A DNA stretch of 56,782 nucleotides, the filler included, from Circinaria calcarea (lineage: Eukaryota), in the NCBI GenBank assembly GCA_051942165.1. It is 5 parts of 5 records of this genome, joined end to end, with 100 filler letters (N's around TTAATTAATTAA, not from the genome) between each part and the next. Parts side by side here need not be neighbours in the genome. Positions count along the whole stretch, not along the records: positions 34,148 to 45,415 come from JAVECS010000696.1; positions 45,516 to 56,782 come from JAVECS010000697.1; 3 more parts are not named here. One strand, given 5' to 3'. The notes under the pieces were generated by a model. It did not search any database, was not told the DNA's origin, and saw nothing but the letters and a program-made list of their open reading frames with translations. Position 1 is the stretch's first letter; the number at the start of each line of letters is the position of its first letter. Of the stretch, positions 36,203 through 47,208 are shown piece by piece. Both the position numbers and the translations under genes were made by a program.

Positions 36203-39200
36203 ATGCATCGTCCATCATGGTGGCCGAAAAGGGACAAGAAGGTCATCGTGGACGCGGTGGCAGCCTCGACGAATACCTCAACGAATACCTCGCCGGTCAT
36301 ATCGAGTTCGACAACTGGCACAACAACCAAAGCTTCAGAGGTTCGTCGAGAGTAACGACAGATGGCCGGTAAACGCTGACCTATTGTTGTATAGGCCACG
36401 CCCCAGAAAATTGAGCCTCGCGAGAGCTTATGGGACCGGGCATATGAGGATTTACGAAGGGAACAGAAAGATCTTATCGATGCATACGAGAAGCTGCTAG
36501 ATGCTGAGATCAGTACTAAGCCTTCGAATTCTATCAAACTTGGAGATCCTACCGGAAGGGAACACCAGATGTCAAGTTTTGTTGAGGAAAAACTGGCGAT
36601 TATGAACAAGGAGCAATGGAGGTTCCAGGTTGGAGACAAGTCAGTGGAAGTCAGACAGCAAGTGGACCGGATTGTCAAAGTTGTCTTGGTAGCGAAAGAC
36701 TTCATCTCCAGCGTGGCTAGTATGGACCCAATCCATGCTGGACTTCCTTGGGCTGGGGTCTGCATGTTGCTTCCTGTAAGTACCACTGTGTTTACCTCCA
36801 TTGGCATATATAAGCGCTCACGACTGCAGTTGGTCGTGAATGACAGTAAGCAGCGGGCGGAGGCGATTGATGGACTTGAGTACGTCTCCAAGCTTGTTCG
36901 TCGCTGTACTGAGATCGAGCACATCTATCTCCAGGACAGCGATATCATACTGAAAGAAGATCTTGAGGCTGTAATGATAAAACTTTATAGTCAAGTTTTG
37001 GAATATGAAGCGAGAGCTACGTGCCAGTTCACCCGGAATGGAGCTCTTCAGTTTGCGAGGAATCTTGTCGAAGCTGATGGGTGGAAAGGTATCATTGATA
37101 ATGCCAAATCATTAGAGACGGAGTGTGATAGTCTTTTACGCATTATCGATGCAAAAGACCAAAGAGAATGCTTGAAACGACTAGAGCTTCGAATAGATAA
37201 TCAAACGCAAAAAGTCCAGGAGCGTCTTGAAGAGTCTCACATACAGGATCAAGCATTCATTCTAACAGAGCTGAAGGCCAGCAGGGCAGAGCAGGAGCTG
37301 TACCATACAACTTCGGAGGAGTCCGACTGCTATGAATGTCTCCGGACGACGGATTACGAGTCGAACAAAAACAAGAACCCAGACCGTATCCCAGGAACCT
37401 GTGAGTGGTTTTTAGGGCACATGAAATATCGGAATTGGTTGGATGAGCAGGCATCCGCGTGGCTCTGGGTCACTGCAGACCCAGGGTGCGGGAAGTCCGT
37501 TTTGTCCAAGTCCTTGGTCAACAACTTCCAGAATACGAACTCTACAGAAAGAACGAGTGTTTGTTATTACTTCTTCAAGGACGATAGCGACAATAACAGA
37601 AGCGCGTCGCATGCTATGTGCGCAATCCTACATCAGCTTTTCTCGCAAAATCAGGCTCTCATGAAGCACGCCATGCCGGCTTTTCGCCGGAACGGAAAGG
37701 AGCTACCTCAATTATTCGAAACGCTTTGGAATGTACTTATATCGGCTGCGGCAGACCCAGGTGCCGGGACCGTGATATGTATCCTAGACGCTCTTGACGA
37801 ATGTGCAGAGTCAAGTCGACTTCCACTAATCCGGGAACTAGCAAGGTTCTACAAGAATCAAGGACAGACATCCAAGTTGAAGTTCATCTTCACCAGCCGC
37901 CCGTATTCTTCCATAAGTCATGCACTGTGGTGGGAAAATCCGAATGTAAAATCTATTCAGTTGGCCGGTGAGAATGAGAATGAACTGGAGGTTATCCGCA
38001 CTGAGATAGCCTTGGTTATCGAGGTGAAGGTGAAGCGATTTCATGAGCTACGGTGTTCGAAAGGGATCCGTGATGATGCTCATATTGCCATTCGAGCGAA
38101 GCTGGACGAGATCGAGAACCGGACTTACCTTTGGGTGGCGCTTATCTTCCCGGAACTGGAAAGGAATGCCGGGCTGGCCAAGGCTAAGCTACTCCGGACC
38201 ATCCAGGCCATACCCGCTACTGTCAATGAGGCATATGAAGCAATCCTAGCACGAAGCTCGGACGCTGATCAAGCAGAGAAGTTGCTGCATATCGTCGTTG
38301 CAGCCATCAGACCACTTACTCTTGCAGAGATGAACATAGCCTTGTCGATACGAGAGGGGAGCAGCTCAATGGATGAACTTCAACTTGAACTTGTGCCGGA
38401 GTCATCCTTTGAGGAGACGATCCGTGAGCTCTGCGGACTTTTTGTAAGCATCATAGACGAGGAGATCTATCTCATTCATCAGACAGCCAAAGAATTCCTC
38501 GTCGCTGAACGAAATCCAGCTCAGCCTGCGGCCACGGGGAAGGGTATTTCAGAAAGGAAAGAATGGAAGCACTCTTTACATCCTATTGAATCCAATATCA
38601 TACTCGCAAGAATCTGCATTTCCTACCTCCAGCTTGATGTCTTCGGAAGTCATCCTCTAATCACAAGTCAATGTTCTAGCTGCGTGGATTCTATGGATTA
38701 CGAATACTCGAATACTTCGGAAACATCGACCAATGCTGATGAATCAAGTATTTCATCCACATACCAGCCTAACATTCATGTATATATCAACCGCTATCTT
38801 TTGTTAGATTATGCTTCGAATTACTGGGCCCTTCATTACCGCGAAGCTGACATCCGGATTGATATGGCCCTATTCAGATCATCTAGCGCAATTTGCGACA
38901 GTCAATCGCAAACCTTTAAGATATGGTCGGAGATTTACGACGATGAACACTTTACAACAAATGCTTCAGAGGTCATGTTAAGATCACATTTTGGCCATGA
39001 GGGAGCGGTGAAGCTATTGCTTGATCGGGGCGTTGATCCGAACATAAAAACCGGGCGATTCAAAGAGACAGCGCTCGCTTGCGCTGCACGGGCAGGGCAT
39101 GACGTGATTGTCGCGATGCTGCTTGAAAGGGGGGCTGATGTAGATTCTCAAGATGATCACGGTTATACCCCATTGTTTTTCTCCACGGGTGCAAACCAGG

Positions 39201-41323
39201 AGAAGATCACATCACTGCTATTGGAGAACGGAGCCAATCCGAATTTTCAATATTCTAAAGGTAAAACGGCATTGAGGCATGCTGTGGAATATAGATATGA
39301 AGAAATAATAGCGATGCTAGTTGAGAAAGGAGCAAGTTCGAATATTTCAGACTTTGAAGGCAAGACACCATTGATGTGTGCTGCGGGTAAAAGATTTGAG
39401 GGAGCGGAAAAAGCCATGAAATTACTATTAGAAAAAGGAGCCAATCCGAATTCTCAAGATTCTCGAGGTAAAACGGCATTGATGTTGGCAGTGAAAAACG
39501 GAGATAGAAAAGTAGTAGCAATGCTACTTGAAAAAGGAGCAAGTCTAAATATGTCAGACTTCGAAGGCAAGACACTATTAATGTATGCTGCGGGCAGCAG
39601 ATTCGAGGGAACGGTGGGAGTAATAAGATTACTACTGCAGAAAGGAGCTAATCCGAATGCTCAAAATTCCAATGGTGAAACGGCATTGATGCATGCAGCA
39701 GATTGCGAAAATGAAAAAGCAGTAATAATACATGAGTATGGAGCAAGTCGAATATATGTTATAGGTGAAGGATTCGAAGGATTCAGGGAATTTGACAAAT
39801 TCGAGAGAGCGGTGGGAGTGGTGGGATTGCTCCTGGAAAAGGGAGCCAATCTGAACGCTCAAGATTCTAAAGATAGAACGGCATTGATATATGCTGTAAA
39901 ACACGGACCTGAAAAACTGATAACGACACTACTTGAGAAAGGAGCAAGTCTAAATATTTCAGACTTCGAAGGCAAGACACCATTGATGTATGCTATAGGT
40001 AAAATATACTGGGAAGCGGAGGGAGCGGTGCGATTATTACTAGAGAAGGGTGCTGATACGAAAGCTCAAGATCTTGAAGGTAAAACGGCATTGATGTATG
40101 CAGCGAAATATGAACGTGAAGAAATTTTTATAATGCTACTTGAAAAAGGAGCCAACCCGAATACTCAAGATTTTGAAGGTAAAACGGTAATGATGTATGC
40201 AGCGAAATATGGACGTGAAGAAATGGTAGCAATGCTACTTGTAAAAGGGGTCAACGCGAATGCCCAAGATTCCAAGGGCGCAACCCCGTTGTTGCATGCA
40301 GGAGATGGAGAATATAAGAGAATAATGGTATTGCTGCTTGAAAAGGGAACTAGTCCAAACATTTCAGACTTCGAAGGCAGAACACCGTTGATATGTGCTG
40401 CAAACGGAGGGCACGAAGAGGTTGTGAAATTATTACTTGAAAAAGGAGCAAGTCCAAACATTTCAGATTTAGAAGGCAAGACACCATTGATGTGTGCTGC
40501 GAACGAAGGGCACGAAGAGGTTGTGAAATTGCTACTTGAGAATGGAGCAAGTCCAAATATTTCAGACTTCGAAGGCAAAACACCGTTGATATGTGCTGCA
40601 AACGGAGGGCACGAAGAGGTTGTGAAATTACTACTTGAAAAAGGAGTAAGTCCAAACATTTCAGATTTAGAAGGCAAGACACCATTGATGTGTGCTGCGA
40701 ACATGGGGTACAAAGAAGTTGTGGAATTGCTCCTTGAAGAAGGCGCAGAGATTAATGCCGCATTCATGGATGGAATAACCGCGTTTTCGTTGGCAGACAT
40801 GAATGGACATGACACCATTGCAAAGCGATTGCTTGACGAAGGGAGCGATGGGAAATTGATCAATTGGGAAACGCAGACAAACTTACATATGGCGCTGTTC
40901 GATGCGTGGGACCACCAGGTAGAAGAAGGGATTGAAAGAACCGCTAATTTGAATTGCAAGGGTGGTAATGGTTGGACTCCGTTGCATTATGTTGCATTTA
41001 GGGGATGGACGGGGATGATGGAGCTCTTGCTTGACCGCAGCGCTGACCCCGACCTTGAAAACAATGCAGGCGAAACGCCATTACTTTTGGCTGTGCGAAG
41101 TGATGAGGTATACTCCGTGAGATTGCTCGCGCATTACTGTTTACGAAAGAAGGGCGTATGGCTCGATCTCAGTATGATGATAGACCTGGACATGCCAACA
41201 CTCAAGCTCGCTGCTCAAAAGGACGGCCATAACGGGGTCTTGAGGACAATCTATCCAGCGTTTGATTTGGTCGATCAAGACAGTGCTCCCCCAAGTCCTA
41301 GGACTACAGAACCAGGTTCTTAA
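36203..41323 (+). CDS. Fungal NLR: NWD-NACHT N-terminal domain + NACHT NTPase + winged helix + long ankyrin-repeat array
   Basis: Exon 1 is 36203-36340; introns 36341-36394 and 36776-36829. Motifs SLWDRAYEDL, AGLPWAGVCMLLP, Walker A ADPGCGKS, Walker B ICILDALDEC, FIFTSRPY, IHQTAKEFL, then roughly 20 ankyrin repeats (GKTPL/GKTAL...LLLEKGA). Confidence 0.93.
39200..40750 (+). repeat. Tandem 99/108-bp ankyrin-coding repeats with high DNA identity
   Basis: Recurring ATTTCAGACTTCGAAGGCAAGACACCATTGAT and GGTAAAACGGCATTGATG. Near-perfect 198-bp-period duplication at ~40352-40703. Confidence 0.9.
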
Positions 41324-43021
41324 TCTCGCGCGGCTTATTCCTGAAATCTCTCAAGGTCCGAGTCTTCGCTTATCGATGCCGTGGCAGACTTCATTTAGTG
41401 TGGATATCAACAAATAAGTTATCCGACAGTCGTTTCCAGAAATCCTGATCGTCCATCTAATCTGAACTTGTACTTGACTTTTCGACCTTGAGTGGATTAC
41501 CATATAGTTGAGATTCAACCAAAGCTGCACCTCTACTTTCACTACAAGACTTGTCAAATACGTTACTATACGGAGTAGCGCTCGTATCATTGCTCTCTTA
41601 GGAAGGAATGAAGCATTCGCCGCTTTGCTATAAGCATTCGATTTTCAACTGTCGACGAGCCTGGTACTCGCAAAACGGCACGAGCTAATCTCAAGCACAG
41701 CCTTATCATTGGGAATTGGCAATGCGGCGCTGTATTCACATAACAGCATCATCTTTATAGGGGTCTATTTATTTCTTCCTCTGCTCTTGTATTTATTACG
41801 ATATATTTATGACTTGTCACTCAACCATCAATGAACAAATACCTTAGTCATCTTTTATTTGAACTCCACATTACAAGCATTTAATCAAAAGATAGGAGCA
41901 AACAACCACGGTAAACTCTGCACTGGAGTAAGAACAAATTTCGTCCCAAGGTGAGACTGTCTTGAATTTCAGCTTTTCATAAAGAGTTTCCAACAGGGCG
42001 CGGTTGCTTGAAGTTATAGTAATCTGACGAGTCTTCTCTTTCACTTTGCTCATGTATCTACGCAAAAACCCTTCAGGTCTTGAGCACGTCTCATAATGCC
42101 ATCACCAGGAAAAGATGTGGTAGATCCCAAGATCTTAGCACGTATGAGATCTGAAAAAAGGGTAACCAGCTGTAGTGTACTCCCTCCCATGCAATAGTTA
42201 TGACACGACTATATCCAATAATCCCCCCCAGTATCTCAAATTCCCAACATTCCACCCCTATGACGATGCAAACCACAGCGCCGAGATATCCCAACCACTC
42301 CACCCCCGCCTCTCCAAAACTACAAAGTATCCTACGCCTCAAATCCTATCTATCCCCTAATCTTTACATTGCCTTACAATTACATTCACTTTTCATAGCG
42401 GATCAGTTGGAGGGTTTGCTCTGACGGGATGGAGTGTGGTGAGTGAGTGGATGTTGAGGGAGTGTGGTGAGTGGTGAGTAACTGGGGTTTGAGGGAGTGG
42501 GGTATGGGTTGATTCAGGACGAGATTTCTAGAATAGCGTCGATATTGAGGACTGCGTGCGGGTGGTAGTATGATGAGCTACTACCACCTATCTAAGGATC
42601 TAAAGATCTAAGGTTTTCCGTCTATTCAAGTCTTCGCTTTCTCGCCTTTATCATCTTAGCATCCCTATCCTCCGCTTTCCATCCCCCAACCCCAAGGTTT
42701 CACCGGTCTCAGGCTCACTGTTCAGCCCGAAAAGGTCTGGGCATAAGCTGCTAGTACATTGGGACGTATTTCCACCACCAAGTGATCCGGCCAAGCAAGC
42801 GAGATGCATTTTTGGGTACTCCAGTTACTTTAGAGCCTTTGAAAGCTTATATCACTCCATCCGCACCGGTTTCATCGTCAGGTCCAGTTCCGGCAGACGA
42901 TATCACTGGGTCTCTCCCTGTTTTGGTCCTCTAAGCCGGGCAGTCCTTGTAACGGTGGTCAAAGCGTTAGGATCCAAGGAAGCTACTAATGCGTCATCGT
43001 CCGAAAACGTATATTTCCAAC

Positions 43022-44406
43022 TCATGTCAAAAGTATATCATAGCCGTCTTTTTCGATTCTCACAGCCTCGGATTCATCGGCATATCTTCGTCGGACAAGC
43101 TCGAAAATGACAAGTCCAGCACTGGTGCTGGGAACTTGCCTGAGGGTGTTTGTCAGAAACCGCCGGTAAAGCCATATTCTCCAGCCTCCAAAACGCCGTG
43201 CTAGCACAGAACATTCTAAATATGTTTTCTCATAAGCTTGACGGTAGTTTCTCACTGTCTGCGATCTTGAAGCTGTGGATCGCGCGAGGAGCTCAAGTGA
43301 CTCTAGTCTACCATAATGAACTTCTTGAATTAAAGCCAATGGATACTGGACCAGCTGCTGAATAGTTGTGGCAGACATACCAGCTAGGAGTAAGAATGTC
43401 GGCTCAATAGTATAGTGAGGTTTAATCGTCTTCGTGCCACCCTCACTATCCGGTCCACGTCGATACGAATCGTCGATTGTATGCGGCTGAATGCCACCGT
43501 AGTATCTTGTGACGAAGGCGTAGAAGCTTTGCGCCTTCACATACTCAAAGGTCGAAAAGAAGACCCCGAATCCTAGAGAATCTTTTAAGAAGGATAAGCC
43601 CCACCCGGCATAAGCACCGCGAACTCCAATGTCTTGCAGCTTGTGTTTCCCATACTGCCATGTATGTTTGTAACGCCCTTCTATTATTTCGCTAGTTTTG
43701 AAACGAACCTGTAAAGCATCGAGGGGAGCAGCAACGACTGATTGTATAGTTCCAGCAGCAAACCCAGCTCTAAAGGTGTCTCGAACTGGTGGTGGGGGAT
43801 GTATCCGTTTGGTTGACTCAGAGGATGGACCATAAAGAGACCCTAATATTTGGAGGTAGGAGGTGTAGAGAACCGCCCCAATGCTAAAAAGTCGTCAATG
43901 ACACCGTATTTTCGTTAGCACTCTGACTTACCTGATATTAGCCAAGAGTGGAGGCAATACCTGATTTGGAATGAAAGCCCAACCATAAGTTTTGACGGCG
44001 TGACCCAGTAAACCCGGTGTGCTCATGCGCCATGACCACGATTCCTTTGCTTGAACGCGTGGGTTTATCGCCTTCGCAAATGCCTCGAGTTCGATGTTAG
44101 CCCATTTCAGGGCTGAGGCTGAAAAGCTCTATCATACCAGATAACTGTTAACTAATGAGCTTGAAATCGGCCAAGTCTCGATGTATCCTAGACTTACTCC
44201 ACACGAGTCCGGAAGAAGGCTTTTGCGGGTGCTCTGAAGTAGAATGCTACCATCCGTGAAGCAACAGCTCGTACACCCGCAGCAGATGCACCCGTGGCAG
44301 CATTGCTCTTAGTATCCTTCTGTTGCACCTGTTCGGATTTTGGAACCAATCGAGGTGATTGGTCCTTGCTGATCTGCGTCGTGGATGCAACTCTCCCTTC
44401 GACCAT
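43022..44406 (-). CDS. Mitochondrial carrier family protein, 4 exons including a 7-nt microexon
   Basis: FRAPAKAFFRTRVD|YL|AFAKAINP, carrier signature VAAPLDALQVRF and QYPLAL, C-terminal RQVPSTSAGLVIFELVRR. Introns 44197-44145, 44137-44084 and 43931-43884. Confidence 0.85.
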
Positions 44407-44776
44407 ACTGATATGGAATGAATGGCCTCGAATGTCATGGTCAATGCCTAGCCATTGGTACGATTGGATATCACAGCCGAACCCTCATGGTGACAGTATA
44501 TTCTTCTTGAGCGGTTTCAACTTATCCAGACATCCTCTCTCACATGTGATAGAATATGTCGTCCAGCGTCAAAGAAACGCCAAATTATGACGCTAAACGC
44601 TATTGAGCAAGCTGCCGCCCGCCACTTAAACGCGCTTCACGACATTTCACATATTGTTGCTGCCGATCATCCTCATCTTCTGTTCACTTCATTCCTTTCT
44701 TTTCCTTCAATACCTCATCCAGACTTGGTTACCAGGTCGCTCACACCCATTCTCTTACATTTGTAAGTTTGAGAAA

Positions 44777-45415
44777 ATGGCGGACGAGGTCAAAATCGAC
44801 AAGCAGACTTTCCAGGATCGGCTGTCACAATTCATTTCAGCATGGAAAGCGGACAAGAGATCAGGCGACGCCCTGTTCGGAGGCGTGGGATCGATAGTCA
44901 TCTTGATGGGCAAGGTCGAAGATCCATCCACTTCGACCTTCAAAAAGAACAATGCTATGCATGTAAGGGCTTCTCTTCGTAAACTGGGGTTTCTCTTGTG
45001 CTGACTTTTCTGTACAGTTCTGGCTCCTTGGATACGAATTCCCTGCGACACTCCTAGTCTTTACCACTGAAACCCTCTTTACCATCACCACAATCAAAAA
45101 AGGTGCGGTTGAATACTCAGAGCTACGTTTAGTTTTGGCTAAATTATGGTGTCGCAATTAGCGAAGCATCTTGAGCCTCTTAAAGGTGGCAAAATACCTA
45201 TCGAGATTCTCGTGCGAGGCAAGGATGCGGAGCAAAACAACAAGCATTGGGAAACATGCATAGATGCGATCAAGGCTGCCGGGGTAGGCTAGATTTGTAT
45301 GGCAGCTCTGCAGTAGCTAACATGGTAGTAGAATAAAGTCGGTACGATCGCAAAGGACACATCTTCCGGCCCATTCGCAGACGAATGGAGAAAGGCATTC
45401 AGCGAGCATTCGAAA
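44777..45415 (+). CDS. SPT16: FACT complex subunit SPT16, 5' part (truncated by gap)
   Basis: MADEVKIDKQTFQDRL...KNNAMH|FWLLGYEFPATL...K|AKHLEPLKGGKIPIE...|NKVGTIAKDTSSGPF, with three short GT-AG introns. Confidence 0.92.
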
Positions 45416-45515
45416 NNNNNNNNNNNNNNNNNNNNNNNNNNNNNNNNNNNNNNNNNNNNTTAATTAATTAANNNNNNNNNNNNNNNNNNNNNNNNNNNNN
45501 NNNNNNNNNNNNNNN
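45416..45515. other. Artificial scaffold spacer
   Basis: N44-TTAATTAATTAA-N44. Confidence 0.97.
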
Positions 45516-46074
45516 ATGTGCGTATCTGATATGGGATTGATCATTACTGCAGTTCCCCGAGAAGGAAGGTCAAAAGTCCCAGAGGAATGCTAAGCGAGCC
45601 AACCAGTTATTGAATCATCAAATGGCCCAGTCAAGGCAACGTTGGCAGCAGTTCGATCCAGCAATGAATTCGATGCTTTCAAGCGTGCCACCCTGTCCCA
45701 AACATGCATTTGTAGGCCAATTGGGATTCACAAAACTCTAGAGAGGGGGTGGGCGGGAAGCTTGATATAAAAAACAGTGATCATGCTTACTTCTTCATGA
45801 CCATCATCCGCTATTCTACACCGAGTTGACCAAGATACGTAATCGTCAAGCGTGCACGAGTTCTGGCAGGACCTTTTTGTCCGTCTTCAGTCATCTCTTG
45901 GCATGCATTATGGCAAAATCTGCCGCTGCATTTTATCCAGTCTATCAAACAGGTGGAAACTCGTTCCTGGGTATAATCGCATAAAACAAGCGTGCATCCC
46001 GCATACGCCCTTGGCACCGGACTCCGAATCGCTATGCCTGTTGTCTCAACATCGTCAAACAGAGGAACTCTCAA

Positions 46075-47208
46075 TCAATTCGTAAGCCCCCTCCATTTCC
46101 GTCCCTTTGCAGGGAAACAAGTCCACGAGGTCTTTGATCTGTTCAGGCGCGGCCGCACCTCCTTCTCCTGAACCCTGACGTCTGCATCGGTATGATTTTT
46201 CTGATCGGGAATCTTCTGGATATCTACTCGATACCTCCTTACACTTCCAGCATCGCTGTCGTTGTCGCTGTTGTAAAAGCTCAGTCGACTGTTTCGCTTA
46301 CACCATCGAGGAGCAAGACGTCGCCATAATCCCCGGACGCCTTGACACGATCTATCAATCTCATCATACTCCCGCCGTCGCGTGGATGGAGACGTCCAGT
46401 CGATGATGGTTGCAGGAGTGTAACTGGCAATACCTTCTTCCTTCTCCAGAGACTCGCATCCAGGTGAAGCACCATGCACTTCGAGAGTCGAGCATTTGGA
46501 TAGGTTGGGTAGAGCGGAGAGACTTGATGTGAGAAGCGGTTCTTGATACTCGATAGACACGGTCTGAAACGTAGCCAACGTGCCTTCGAGAGAGCCGAAA
46601 AGCTCTTTTCCTCTTCGGTGGATCACATAAGGGCTGTCGCGGTAATCTCTATTGTATACAGTACTGCTACTTCGGGAAGGTGTTGTGCGGCTCGTCATCC
46701 GAGACTGCTTTGTCCTTTCCGACACGGACCTCCTTGATGGTGGACGGCTGGAACGAGGTGTTGCTGTTGGTCTTTGAGTCGTTGAGCTGCGGCGGCTTGA
46801 AATGGTGGAAGGTCTCGTGGGTTTCGAGAATGCTGGTGGAATGCAGTTGCTTGTACCATCTGACTGCGAAGCTGCTATAGGTGAGAACTTCCGTTCGGTG
46901 AGCTTTGTTGGGTTACTGTGTTGTCCCCCATCGGTTATCAATTGATGTAATGCTGCTGCTTGAAATAATCCTCCCTCTGTAGCAGATAATCCGGCTTGCG
47001 GGTCTGTTTGTATTGTCGAAAATCTCTCGGTGCCACTGTCGATTCGGCTCTGGCGCTTTTGTCCAATCTGTTCGGTGGTGGCATTTCCCTTCCAGTCAAG
47101 TTCGTGTGTGACACTGAGGGCAGAATGATAGGAGGCTGTGGTGGAGATGACACTCGAGGCGCTGTGAACCTTATGTAAGTCGGTGGCGACCTCGAGCGAC
47201 GGTTTCAT
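46075..47208 (-). CDS. Hypothetical Ser/Thr/Arg-rich protein, 377 aa
   Basis: Single long ORF with GCCATG start. Ordered-looking C-terminal block TIIDWTSPSTRRREYDEIDRSCQGVRGLWRRLAPRW...DAGSVRRYRV. Confidence 0.75.
   Translation of the reverse strand: MKPSLEVATDLHKVHSASSVISTTASYHSALSVTHELDWKGNATTEQIGQKRQSRIDSGTERFSTIQTDPQAGLSATEGGLFQAAALHQLITDGGQHSNPTKLTERKFSPIAASQSDGTSNCIPPAFSKPTRPSTISSRRSSTTQRPTATPRSSRPPSRRSVSERTKQSRMTSRTTPSRSSSTVYNRDYRDSPYVIHRRGKELFGSLEGTLATFQTVSIEYQEPLLTSSLSALPNLSKCSTLEVHGASPGCESLEKEEGIASYTPATIIDWTSPSTRRREYDEIDRSCQGVRGLWRRLAPRWCKRNSRLSFYNSDNDSDAGSVRRYRVDIQKIPDQKNHTDADVRVQEKEVRPRLNRSKTSWTCFPAKGRKWRGLTN

Noticed and set aside
36203..36340. Amyloid signalling motif at the NLR N-terminus with an adjacent effector gene
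   Set aside because: The leader is Ser/Thr-rich without G/N/Q pseudo-repeats, and no HeLo/HET-S/SesB-like neighbour is visible on this contig.
39200..40750. CRISPR-like array
   Set aside because: The repeats are in-frame ankyrin coding units in a eukaryotic gene, with no unique spacers or cas genes.
40165..40959. 264-aa antisense ORF over the ankyrin repeats
   Set aside because: A shadow of the repetitive sense-strand coding sequence.
42561..42588. C/D box snoRNA (ATGATGA within a stem)
   Set aside because: The stem closes after 8 nt, leaving no room for a guide or D box.
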